This document shows, one piece after another, positions 19,206-29,120 of a DNA stretch of 64,000 bases (position 1 is its first letter; each line of letters starts with the position of its first letter). The translations under genes were made by a program, and so were the position numbers. Location: NCBI GenBank assembly GCA_963641445.1, contig CAVIBR010000008.1:4282-68281 (forward strand), in the 5' to 3' direction. The notes below the pieces were generated by a model, which was given only the letters and a program-made list of their open reading frames with translations, had not been told where the DNA came from and did not search any database. This DNA is from Bacteroides uniformis (GTDB lineage: Bacteria; Bacillota_I; Bacilli_A; RFN20; CAG-826).

Positions 19206-20468
19206 ATGAAAAAAGTCAATTTGGTTTTCTTGCTTGCATCTGCCTCTCTTTTAGCAGCATGCGGAGATAACACCACAAACTCATCATCACCATCTGATAC
19301 TAAGGATACTTCAGTTGCCTCATCATCAGTCGTTGAAGAAATCTCTTCAAAAGAAGAAGTTAAAAACGCTAAGTTAGTTCGTAGCTACATCGGGACCTTC
19401 GAAGGGGGTTATTACATCCCGGCCTATAAGATGGTTCAAGCTGGATTTGATAACTACGTCGTTGATCTATATGACGATAACACCTACGTTTCTAATCGTG
19501 TCACCTATATGGATATGTATGGCACACAAGGTTCAGTCGTTATCACGACAACTGGTTCCTATTCCACATCAGAAAATGAAGATGGAGATGGAATTGTTTC
19601 TTTATCTGATGCTCAATCAATCCTTTATACGACATGCGGAATGTTCTCTTTGCAATATTCTTGGAACAATGAAGGAATTGAAGATAGCACCTTCCCTGTT
19701 GCCTTATTAGGAACGTCCTCTGCCTCAGATACCCTTGATTTCTTTAAAGAAGAATACGGATTTGGCTATTCTTTCTTAACAACCGATACCAATTCTTTGA
19801 TCAAAGAAGTATATCTTCCAACAGCCTATGCTGAGCATTTCCATACCCCAGCTAAGGAAGCAACCGACACCGATCCAGCAACAGAAGAAAAGATTCTTTA
19901 TTCTCTTGATGGAGTTGTTAACCCATACAAAGGTGAAGCTAAGATCCATTCCTTTGGGAAAGCCATCAAGCATGTTTATATTGGCACTTTCGAAGGAGGA
20001 TATTACATCCCTGGATATTCCATGTTACAAGCCGGATTTGATAACTATGTTGTTACAACCTTTGCCGATGGAAGCTATAACGCGATAAATGTCAAATACA
20101 TGGATATGTATGGCACACAAGGTTCAGTCGTTTTAGAAACTGAAGGAAAATACACCGAAGATGAGAACGAAGATGGCGATACAATCATTAAGATCGGCGA
20201 AGCATCTTCCATCCTTTATACCACCTGCGGAATGTTCAACCTCCAATATAACTGGGGAGTTTCTGGCATGGAAGATTCCACATTCCCTGTTGCATTATTA
20301 GGTTCATCCTCTGCCTCTGATACCTTAGATTTCTTTAAGAGCGAATATGGCTATGCTTATTCTTTCTTAACAACCGATACAAATTGCACGGTTGGCGAGC
20401 TCACTCTTCCGGAAGAGATTGCTAAGCATTTCGTTAAAGAAGATTTAAACACTTCAGAAGCTGAATAA
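19206..20468 (+). CDS. Lipoprotein with two tandem, roughly 180 aa, homologous domains
   Basis: Lipobox LLAAC. The YIGTFEGGYYIP...YMDMYGTQGSVV...FPVALLG...SASDTLDFFK block occurs twice. Confidence 0.65.
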   Translation: MKKVNLVFLLASASLLAACGDNTTNSSSPSDTKDTSVASSSVVEEISSKEEVKNAKLVRSYIGTFEGGYYIPAYKMVQAGFDNYVVDLYDDNTYVSNRVTYMDMYGTQGSVVITTTGSYSTSENEDGDGIVSLSDAQSILYTTCGMFSLQYSWNNEGIEDSTFPVALLGTSSASDTLDFFKEEYGFGYSFLTTDTNSLIKEVYLPTAYAEHFHTPAKEATDTDPATEEKILYSLDGVVNPYKGEAKIHSFGKAIKHVYIGTFEGGYYIPGYSMLQAGFDNYVVTTFADGSYNAINVKYMDMYGTQGSVVLETEGKYTEDENEDGDTIIKIGEASSILYTTCGMFNLQYNWGVSGMEDSTFPVALLGSSSASDTLDFFKSEYGYAYSFLTTDTNCTVGELTLPEEIAKHFVKEDLNTSEAE

Positions 20469-20488
20469 GAAAAAGGGAGGAAAAATGA

Positions 20489-23410
20489 ATGGCTAAAAAC
20501 AAAAAACCATTTGCCCTTTGGAAATTGCTAACCGTCACTGGCGTTGGGGTGATTCTATCTGCAGCGATGGGTGTTGGCACAAGCATTGCTTATAACTATG
20601 AGAATCTTCTTGATGTTTATTTCACTCGTTCCGATTATAAGCCGCTTGATGGGGAAAAGGACAAATGCGAAGAAGTGGCCCGTGAGGGTATCGTTCTTCT
20701 TCAAAACAAAGATAATTTGTTGCCTTTGAATGTTGAAAAGCAAAACAAAATTGCCTTCTTAGGACAAGATAGCGCGGACTTCGTCTATGGCGGGTCCGGA
20801 TGCGGATCGGTTGATACAAGCTCTGCGCCAACCTTGAAAGACTCCTTTGAGGATGCAGGTTTCTCCGTTGATGAAGCAGCCTGGAAGTTCTACACCGAAG
20901 GAGAAGGCAAAAATTACCGTAAATCCGTTAAGGATGCTCAAGGTTCAGGAACTTTCGAAGTCAATGAAGTTCCCGCTAGCAAATACACGGATGATTTGAA
21001 GAATTCCATCAAGAAAGATGATGTCATTGTTTGCTGCATTGGCCGCTCTGGTGGAGAATCATATGATTTGCCATTATCTACATCATCATCTTTATATAAC
21101 TTGACTGGCGGGGAATATCTCTATCTCCAAATTGATGACAATGAGCGTGATATGTTGCGTCTTGCTTGCGAAACATCCAAAAACGTCGTTCTTATCGTCA
21201 ATTCAAATAATGCGATGGAATTAGGTTTCCTTGAAGATGAAGAATTCTCCAATATCAAATCCGTTTTATGGGTTCCTGGAGTTGGTCAAGAAGGTTTACG
21301 TGCCGTTGGAAAGGTGTTCAATGGCAAAGTGAATCCATCAGGTCGTCTTCCAGATACCTGGGCTTATGATTCAACATCTGCCCCATCTTTCAAGAATTTA
21401 GGCGATTTCTCACTTAATGGAATTAGCTATCCAAGTGCAAACCACGAAAGTGAATACCAAAAAGGTTCTAGCTATATTGTCTATGAAGAAGGAATCTATG
21501 TTGGCTATAAATATTACGAAACACGTTACGAGGATGTCGTTTTAGGAAGAGAAAAGGCTGGAATTTACGATTATTCCAAAGCTGTTCAATTCCCATTTGG
21601 CTATGGCTTAAGCTATACCGATTTCAAGTGGTCGGATTTCAAGGTTAGCGAAAAAGAAGACTCTTTTGAAGTTAGCATCACCGTTGAAAACGTTGGTGAT
21701 CAAGCTGGAAAAGATGTCGTTGAGATCTATATGCAATCGCCATATACCGATTACGATAAGGAAAATGGCGTTGAAAAGAGCTCCGTCCAACTTGTTGGCT
21801 ACGCTAAAACAAACGAACTTAAAGCGGATAAGACTTCTTTACGTAAGCAAACTCTCACAGTTACAATCGATAAGGAACAACTTGCTTCATATGATGCAAA
21901 AGGTGCAAAAACCTATATCGTTGATGCTGGGCAATATTATTTCTCCGCTGGAAGAAATGCCCATGATGCCTTAGATAACATTTTAACTAGGAAAGGTGCT
22001 ATAACTACTGGAGATTCTAGTTTAGTTGATTCTTCCTATTCTCCAAAAGAGATTGATAAGACGACATATTCTAAATCTAAATCCACGGGTTATACGATCA
22101 CTAATCAATTTGATGATTGCACGCCTGAATATTATGGCGAAGAAGCTGCAACCTATGTGACTCGTTCAGATTGGGAAGGAAGCCTTCCTGCAACATCTTA
22201 TAAGGATGGGTCTTGGACGGTTAACGAAACGATGAATGCTGCATTAGCTTGGAATAGAAGTGCCGATGTCGTTGATGCGACTGGCGTTGAGATGCCAACG
22301 AATTCATCAGGAGAAGGAGTTACAATCCATGATGCAGTCGTTGATGGAGTGGCAAAAGATTATTCCGATCCAATCTGGGATAAGCTTGTTAATGCCGTTT
22401 CCAAAAAGAAGATGCTTGAGCTTGTCCGCATGGGTGGCTATGCGACTATTGCCTTAAAAGCAATCGATCTTCCTGCAACCCAAGATAAAGATGGCCCATC
22501 AGGTGTTTCTGGAACGTTAGTTGGCGGAACATCATGTATGGCTTGGCCAGTTGAAACGATGATGGCTGCCACATGGAATGATAAATTAATAGAAGAAGTC
22601 GGTGTTATTATCGGAGATGATTCAATCCGTGTTGGAGTTGCCGGATGGTATGCTCCAGGTGCCGATATTCACCGTTCGCCATATTCTGGACGTAACTTCG
22701 AATATTATTCAGAAGACGGCTTCTTATCTGGCAAAATCGGTGCGGCTGAAGTTCGTGGCGTCCGTTCTAGAGGCGTTATTGCCTATATGAAACACTTTGC
22801 CTTGAACGACCAAGAAACTGGTCGTGGTGGCGGAGTTGTTATGGCCAATGAGCAATCAATCCGTGAAATTGCCTTAAAAGGTTTCGAACTTATCGTTCGT
22901 GAAGGTAAGGCAACAGCTGCAATGGCTGGCATGAATAGAGTTGGCGCGACCTGGGCTGGCTCAAATAGACACCTTATGACCGAAGTTCTTAGAAATGAAT
23001 GGGGGTTTGAAGGAATGGTTATCACCGATCAAGCCTCAGTCTCTGCAATGTTCTATGAAGATATCATCTCTGGCTTATGGGCTGGAACTGATATGTGGCT
23101 AAATACCGGATCTAGCTATTGGAATCTTGATACATTCTACGATAATGCGACAAATAACGCCAAAATCATGCAATCAGTCCATAAGGCCGCAAAGAATATC
23201 ATCTATGCCGTTGTTACATCAAATGCTAACGCAGATATGAATTTCAAAGTTGGTGATGAACTTGAAGGGGCAGAAACAAATACAAGCGTTCTTCCTTGGA
23301 GAGGATGGCTAACTGCCGCTGATGCAACAATCTGGGCCTTATCTGGTGTTGGAATTGGCCTTGCTACATTCTTCTACATCAAAGGAAAAAGAAAGAAACA
23401 AGCGGAATAA
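20489..23410 (+). CDS. Glycoside hydrolase family 3 (beta-glucosidase / beta-hexosaminidase-like), membrane-anchored at both ends
   Basis: GH3 signatures KHFALNDQETGR and GQDSADFVYGGSGCGSVDT. There is an N-terminal signal anchor and a C-terminal TM helix plus KRKK. Confidence 0.75.
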   Translation: MAKNKKPFALWKLLTVTGVGVILSAAMGVGTSIAYNYENLLDVYFTRSDYKPLDGEKDKCEEVAREGIVLLQNKDNLLPLNVEKQNKIAFLGQDSADFVYGGSGCGSVDTSSAPTLKDSFEDAGFSVDEAAWKFYTEGEGKNYRKSVKDAQGSGTFEVNEVPASKYTDDLKNSIKKDDVIVCCIGRSGGESYDLPLSTSSSLYNLTGGEYLYLQIDDNERDMLRLACETSKNVVLIVNSNNAMELGFLEDEEFSNIKSVLWVPGVGQEGLRAVGKVFNGKVNPSGRLPDTWAYDSTSAPSFKNLGDFSLNGISYPSANHESEYQKGSSYIVYEEGIYVGYKYYETRYEDVVLGREKAGIYDYSKAVQFPFGYGLSYTDFKWSDFKVSEKEDSFEVSITVENVGDQAGKDVVEIYMQSPYTDYDKENGVEKSSVQLVGYAKTNELKADKTSLRKQTLTVTIDKEQLASYDAKGAKTYIVDAGQYYFSAGRNAHDALDNILTRKGAITTGDSSLVDSSYSPKEIDKTTYSKSKSTGYTITNQFDDCTPEYYGEEAATYVTRSDWEGSLPATSYKDGSWTVNETMNAALAWNRSADVVDATGVEMPTNSSGEGVTIHDAVVDGVAKDYSDPIWDKLVNAVSKKKMLELVRMGGYATIALKAIDLPATQDKDGPSGVSGTLVGGTSCMAWPVETMMAATWNDKLIEEVGVIIGDDSIRVGVAGWYAPGADIHRSPYSGRNFEYYSEDGFLSGKIGAAEVRGVRSRGVIAYMKHFALNDQETGRGGGVVMANEQSIREIALKGFELIVREGKATAAMAGMNRVGATWAGSNRHLMTEVLRNEWGFEGMVITDQASVSAMFYEDIISGLWAGTDMWLNTGSSYWNLDTFYDNATNNAKIMQSVHKAAKNIIYAVVTSNANADMNFKVGDELEGAETNTSVLPWRGWLTAADATIWALSGVGIGLATFFYIKGKRKKQAE

Positions 23411-23430
23411 TTGTTACCTAATCTAAAGTT

Positions 23431-23460
23431 AAACCTTCACTTAATCGTGGAGGTTTTTCT
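23431..23460 (+). terminator. Rho-independent terminator after the GH3 gene
   Basis: aaaccttcac-ttaatc-gtggaggttt followed by a T-run. Confidence 0.55.
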
Positions 23461-23489
23461 AATAGGCTTGCAGGAATTGATTGTTTGGA

Positions 23490-23575
23490 TACTTTGCGTT
23501 TTGCGGCATTTTGAGGCAAAAAATACTTTGCGTTTTGAGGAATTTCAATACAGTAAATACTTTGCGTTTTGCTCG
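23490..23575. repeat. About 3 copies of the motif tactttgcgttttg (direct repeats)
   Basis: Seen directly. Confidence 0.6.
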
Positions 23576-23608
23576 GTTGTTTGTGTAAAAAAGACCTTAA
23601 TATCGAAA

Positions 23609-24949
23609 CTATAGCAAAAATGTCATGTATATTGGCAAATATGTTGTTTCACCATCGTAGCTTAGGGTTTTTGGTGAGACAACGATTCTATTGAATTTCA
23701 ATTGAGGGTATTTCTCTTTTAATGTAGATAAAGATGAAGTGGTGAAACGTTTTGTTGGTTTTAATTCGATTGCATTCATCTTGCCTTTTATGAACGTGAC
23801 AAAATCTATCTCATATCTTTTATTTTCATATTCAAACGTATGGTAGAAACATTTTCTTCCATTGAAAACAAGGCTTTGAACGACCAATTATTCATAAAGA
23901 CTACCGTAATTTGCTCCATCGAGATTTCCCGTTCTTATTTTTAAATATGTTTTTTCACAATCTTCGTTCATATCTCCAATTAATGAAGATAACATTAGCC
24001 CGACATCAAGGGGGTGTAGTTTGAAATTGCTTTCTTCTTTCATAAATGAGCCAAAGCTTAAATCAGAACAACGATACACTGAATTAACGATTTTAGAATC
24101 TTCTAAGTCTTTTAGTGATCTTTGATAAGACTGCATCATCCTAGGGTTTCTAGCGTTTGTTTTTATTCTTTTTGACCATGATTTCAAGGCCGGAAGCATG
24201 GAATTGTATATATTCAAAGCGTTAGTATGAGATTTGCTATCATGTTTTCTTAAATCACCTTCGTATAGCTTTAAGATATCTTGTTTTTCTTTTTCACAAC
24301 GAATGAAAGAGTTTGTTTCTTGATATAAAGAGATGACTTTTGGCATGCCGCCTAGGGCTAAATACAATCTGAAATCATTCATTAATTGAGCATGAACTGA
24401 TTCATTTATCAATCTATGTTGATTTAGGATGTCACGTAGTAGGTCGCACTTCTCATTCCAGCCGAAAGCCCAGCAGAATTCTTCAAAATCAAGTGGATGC
24501 ATCTCAATTCTTCTTTCTTCGGAAGGAATTTGGATATCCTGCGTATTTTCTCTTATTGAAATTAGGGAACCTGTTTCTATATAGTCGAATCTTCCATCTA
24601 AAACAAGTGCTTTTATTGCTTGTCTTGCGAGAGGAAAATGCTGAACTTCATCAAAGATGATTAAGTCGCCTTTTTTCAATACCTTTCCAAATATCAAAAA
24701 CAAATCGGAAAAGAATTGATCCATATAGAGATTATTTGATGGATCGATGTTTTTGAATAGGTTCTTAACTTCGTCAGAAGCATAGGCGAAATCGATATAG
24801 ATGTAGTTGCTATACTCATTTTTAGCAAATTCTTTGACGGTTGTCGTTTTTCCAACTCGCCTTGCTCCTTCGATTAAAAGAACGAAATTTTTGTTCTTCT
24901 CATTTTTCCATTCTAACATCTGATCATATATTTTTCTTTTGAATTCCAT
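23609..24949 (-). pseudogene. AAA_14/DUF4143 ATPase interrupted by an in-frame TAA (353 aa + stop + 92 aa, same frame)
   Basis: Walker A LLIEGARRVGKTT. The downstream 92 aa is the usual C-terminal domain. The TAA at 23888-23890 is in frame and the next ORF resumes immediately. Confidence 0.6.
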
Positions 24950-24987
24950 AAGCTCTCCTTGTACATTTTCTAAATGAAATTAACGAA

Positions 24988-25045
24988 AAAAACATGAAAA
25001 ACTTGTATTTGGAAGCATCCAAAAACATGAAAAACTTGTATTTGG
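24988..25045. repeat. 25 bp direct repeat x2 (aaaaacatgaaaaacttgtatttgg) in the upstream region of the ATPase pseudogene
   Basis: Seen directly. Confidence 0.8.
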
Positions 25046-25146
25046 GTTTTGTTCAAATTTTTGAAACAAAGAATTTTCGAATCAAATTGAGCGTATTTAT
25101 TACAAATTTTGCTTTTATAATTTTGCAAAAAGGCAATAATAAAAAC

Positions 25147-25191
25147 GAAAAGACCCTACTGTTGGCAGTCCAACATTCGGGTCTCACTTCA
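25147..25191 (+). repeat. 45 bp hairpin element, copy A (agaccc ... gggtct stem, 22 nt loop)
   Basis: 43 of 45 nt are identical to the reverse complement of 57785..57829. Confidence 0.75.
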
Positions 25192-25599
25192 GAAGTAGCA
25201 GATGATATAGGTTAAGATGAACTTGATTATTGGGATATAGAGTTTTTTCTTGCTTGTGACATTCAAATCTAAAACAACTAGCATGAAGGTATATAAGCCA
25301 ATTGAGATGAAGAACATCCAATTAGAAATTTCGTTGAAATACAAAGTGTATGCTTGCGTGAAATCCATATATTTTGATTTTATACGTACATATCATTTAA
25401 AAACAATGCGAAAAAAAGAAAGAAAAGAGTTCGTTTATGGGAGTTTGAAATTAATATCGATTTCAGAAATATGTTTGTTATGAAATAAAAACAAATGGCA
25501 AGAATATCGGATATTTCAAGATCATTTGCTTAATTTAAGTGGTTTTTGTGGGGATATTTTGATTTTGAAAGATTATTATTTAACTGATTTTTTAGATTA

Positions 25600-25655
25600 C
25601 TTCAATAACACTTCAATAGTTACTTCAACAACACTTCAATAAAGTGGTGACCTGA
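25600..25655. repeat. Short tandem repeat, roughly 12 bp (acacttcaata), about 4 copies
   Basis: Seen directly. Confidence 0.6.
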
Positions 25656-26948
25656 TTTCAATAGGAGAATCATTAGAATTTATAAGATTTAGAAATTACG
25701 TTTGGCAGAAATAAAAAAGCAATATCTTTCATCCCCTTTATTTCAACATGATTGTTGTTTTAAAAGGGATTTGGCGGTGATATTGCGTTTTTGTAATGGA
25801 TCTATTTACGTTTTGACATTCTTCGCTTAGCTCCCATTGTCTATCATTACGTGGAGTTTTGGAACCGCTCGTGGAATTGCACCACAAACTACCTTACTTA
25901 GACGGCCATAAGTGACGTGCGGAAGAGTTATAGAGGTCTTAACTATCTCTTGCTTCGGGTTTCATTATGGAGGGGTGAATAAGTCCCATAGAATTTTTGA
26001 GTCTTAACAAAGACTTATTTCTCATGCTGCGTATACTTACAACTTTGCCAACGCATGTTAGTTTTATCGAGTTTGCCTTCTCTAGATTATTAAGCCCAAA
26101 TAATCATGGGAGTCGCTACGTGATCATCTTTACCCTACATCTTTTTTAAGATGTAAGAGGAAGTGCGAGCACGAGCAATTTTCTAGGCATTGCTAATCGC
26201 CATCGGAGTTACTAACTAGTGGTTCCTTAATTTAACCGATACTATACCCGCTTCGATTAATAGCGAATGCTTCTACCCTATCGGAGTTGAACCGATACTC
26301 TACCTATTTAGGCATGCTTTACCATGAGTGTTGCTCTTAAGCTAAGGGAACGCGTATTTCTATAGCGCATCAGCTAGCGGCTTGTAGGTATCTTTTCATA
26401 AGTAAAAACATTTGTCAAATGGTGGTGTTTGCTTACCTTTATTAACTATCTAATCATCTATTTAATACAAAATATTAATGTAGTTAATAAAGGTAAAAAA
26501 ATGTGTTCAAAAAGAAAGGGGTTTTGATAGGCTTTTTTGAATATTTGAATTTTATATGCCTAACAAATGCATAGGGAAATAATATGCTTTTTCATTAATT
26601 GGACGAATTTTATCCGTGCAATCAATAACTAAGCCAGGCTTAATGTCTTTTTCCCTATTTGCCAAGAACATTTTGCCTTTGTTAGAACTGAAATTTTATG
26701 AAAATGCCACCTTAAGTCTAAAATTCATCAATTTTTAAATAGATACTCGCTAAAAAAGTTGGCTTGGCATCGATATAAAAAGACTTTTTTTGATTAAATG
26801 ACTAATCGACTAGCAATTTAATCGCAATTTTGATTTTTGGCTATGAATTTAGATCGTTATTTATGTTTTCTTTTTCTATCTATTTCATCTGACTTTTAAA
26901 GGAATATTCCGTTCGATATAATGTTTCTAGCGAAGGAAATAAACATAT

Positions 26949-27944
26949 ATGTATAAAGCGAATGATAAGAGATATTCTAAAATGCAATATTCAAAGTGCG
27001 GAAGAAGCGGGCTGTATTTACCTAAAATAGCTTTAGGATTTTGGCATAATTTCGGAGAACTAAGCGATTATAAAACGATGAAGGAAATCGTTTTTACGGC
27101 TTTTGATAATGGAATAACTTATTTCGATCTTGCTAACAATTACGGTCCAGAAGCAGGAGCGGCAGAAGAAAATCTAGGAAGAATCTTAAGTACTGATCTA
27201 AAGCCTTATCGTGATGAATTGATTATTTCAACAAAAGCAGGGTTCTATATGTGGGATGGCCCTTACGGAGATGGTGGAAGTAGGAAATACCTTATGGCTT
27301 CAATTGATCAATCATTAAAAAGATTAGGCTTACCATATGTTGATATTTTCTATCACCATAGGATGGATAAGGATACTCCACTAGAAGAAAGCATGCTTGC
27401 TCTTGCTGATATTGTAAGGCAAGGAAAAGCTTTATATATCGGTCTTTCTAACTATGATGCACCAACATTAAGGGAAGCAAGTAAGATTCTGAATGATCTT
27501 CATGTTCCGTTCATCGTGAATCAAAGTTGTTACAACATGCTAGATAGAACATATATGAATAATGGATTGATAGATACATCCTTAAAGTTAGGGCAAGGAA
27601 ACGTTGTTTTCTCTCCTTTAGCACAAGGATTATTAACCGATAGATATCTAAATGGTATTCCGGAAGACTCTAGAGTAAGACGTGATCCACGTTTCCTAAA
27701 TGAGTCTAGATTAACGGATGAATTATTAGCAAAACTTAGAGCATTAAACGATATCGCTAAAGAAAGAGATGAAAAGTTAGCGGATATGGCTCTTGAATGG
27801 ATATTGAAAGATAACAAGGTTACATCTTGCATTATTGGCGCTAGTAAGAAAGAACAAATTCTTATCAATTGCAGAGCCATCGAAGGAAAAGATTTTACTT
27901 CCGAGCAGTTAAAACGTATTGATGAAATTGTTTTAGGGAAGTAG
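26949..27944 (+). CDS. Aldo/keto reductase, YghZ (AKR14, L-glyceraldehyde-3-phosphate reductase)-like
   Basis: The N-terminus MYKANDKRYSKMQYSKCGRSGLYLPKIALGFWHNFG is colinear with E. coli YghZ as I remember it. It also has DLANNYGP and IISTKAG. Confidence 0.85.
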   Translation: MYKANDKRYSKMQYSKCGRSGLYLPKIALGFWHNFGELSDYKTMKEIVFTAFDNGITYFDLANNYGPEAGAAEENLGRILSTDLKPYRDELIISTKAGFYMWDGPYGDGGSRKYLMASIDQSLKRLGLPYVDIFYHHRMDKDTPLEESMLALADIVRQGKALYIGLSNYDAPTLREASKILNDLHVPFIVNQSCYNMLDRTYMNNGLIDTSLKLGQGNVVFSPLAQGLLTDRYLNGIPEDSRVRRDPRFLNESRLTDELLAKLRALNDIAKERDEKLADMALEWILKDNKVTSCIIGASKKEQILINCRAIEGKDFTSEQLKRIDEIVLGK

Positions 27945-28083
27945 AAGATCTTTTAGCGCTTAATATATAAGAAATTGACTAACAAGAATTTTTAGATATC
28001 AAAAATCAAGGTATTTTTGTCTTCGAAAAAGGGTAATAAATTAAAAAAACATAGAAAACATCTAACTTCTTAAAAAATACAAT

Positions 28084-28180
28084 CTCCGATTTTTATTCCT
28101 TTTTTGAGAAAACGATACCCCGATTTTATTCCTTTTTTTGAAAATCGATGTCCGGTTTTTATTCCTTTTTGCTTTAAGTT
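28084..28180. repeat. About 33 bp tandem repeat x3 (ccgatttttattcctttttt...)
   Basis: Seen directly upstream of 28284. Confidence 0.7.
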
Positions 28181-28283
28181 GACTAAAAGCAATGCATCTT
28201 TAGAAATAAACAAAATCTTTTATTAAAAGTTATAATTGAGGGAAAGAAAGTATAATTGCTTTATTACAAAGGAACGGTTAAAA

Positions 28284-28919
28284 ATGAAACAACTAGAAGA
28301 GAAACAATTAAAAGGCTTTCAAAATGAATTAGATAAAGTGCTGAATAGCTATATAAATATAAAGGATAAAAATGGTAAAGTTGTTTTTCAAATCGAACCT
28401 TTATGGATTGAGTATTATTTTTGGCTTGAAAATGGTGATAAATTGCAAGATCCTTCGTGTGATTATGGCAAAGTGGGCACGGAAAATAAGTTAACTGGCA
28501 ATAAATTATATTTTAGAAGTTTTAAACCTGGTAGTGATTGGAAACGTAACCGAATGGATATATGCGTAGGAAAAGACAATGGATATAGGTCGATTCTAAT
28601 AAAAAGAGCTAGATTTTTAAAAGCAGATGGAAAAGATGCGACTAGTGATAAAACAATTTATACTGACTCTCAAATCGCAAGCAAACTACTTGTATATGAT
28701 GGATACAAAAAATCTAATGCCAATGATGAATACGATTATTATAGTTACGAATTGATATCTAAAAATGGTGCATTGGAAAAAGAAAAAATAGGTTATTGTG
28801 GACGTATCGGAATATATGGGGACAAAAGCAATCCATTTAATGAAGAGCCATTGGCAGCATATATTAAAGACTTATTCGAAATTCGGACTTTTATAAAAGA
28901 TAAAACTGATAAAAACTAA
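28284..28919 (+). CDS. Hypothetical protein
   Basis: Start chosen at MKQLEEKQL with RBS AAAGGAACGG. I recognise no motif. Confidence 0.45.
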   Translation: MKQLEEKQLKGFQNELDKVLNSYINIKDKNGKVVFQIEPLWIEYYFWLENGDKLQDPSCDYGKVGTENKLTGNKLYFRSFKPGSDWKRNRMDICVGKDNGYRSILIKRARFLKADGKDATSDKTIYTDSQIASKLLVYDGYKKSNANDEYDYYSYELISKNGALEKEKIGYCGRIGIYGDKSNPFNEEPLAAYIKDLFEIRTFIKDKTDKN

Positions 28920-28993
28920 ATTGATTTTTCATCCAATTTAAACTACTTTTCTTAGTTCTTTTTTATACATGTTTTTTGATAAAAATTATTTCA

Positions 28994-29110
28994 GGGCGAA
29001 AAAGCATAAAAAATATACGATTTCGCCCTAAAAAGCAATTGACTTGAGATATACGGCTTTTAAAATATATTATATAGAGCGAAAAACACTAAATTTTATA
29101 CGATTTCGCC
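28994..29110 (+). repeat. Two copies of hairpin family 1 ([ag]gcgaaaa - 19 nt loop - tttcgc[ct]); the second abuts the RBS of the ATPase gene
   Basis: Copies at 28994-29030 and 29077-29110. Confidence 0.8.
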
Positions 29111-29120
29111 GGAGAATATT

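Noticed and set aside
19447-20088. Internal ORFs 19447..19710, 19776..19973 and 19828..20088
   Set aside because: Alternative frames inside the duplicated-domain lipoprotein gene.
25790-26400. tmRNA, RNase P RNA or SRP RNA in the ORF-free GC-elevated region
   Set aside because: I could not find tmRNA 5'-GGGG and 3'-CCA ends or an Ala-Ala-stop tag frame, the RNase P GGAAAGTCC/P4 elements, or an SRP domain IV motif. It is kept only as an unassigned ncRNA candidate.
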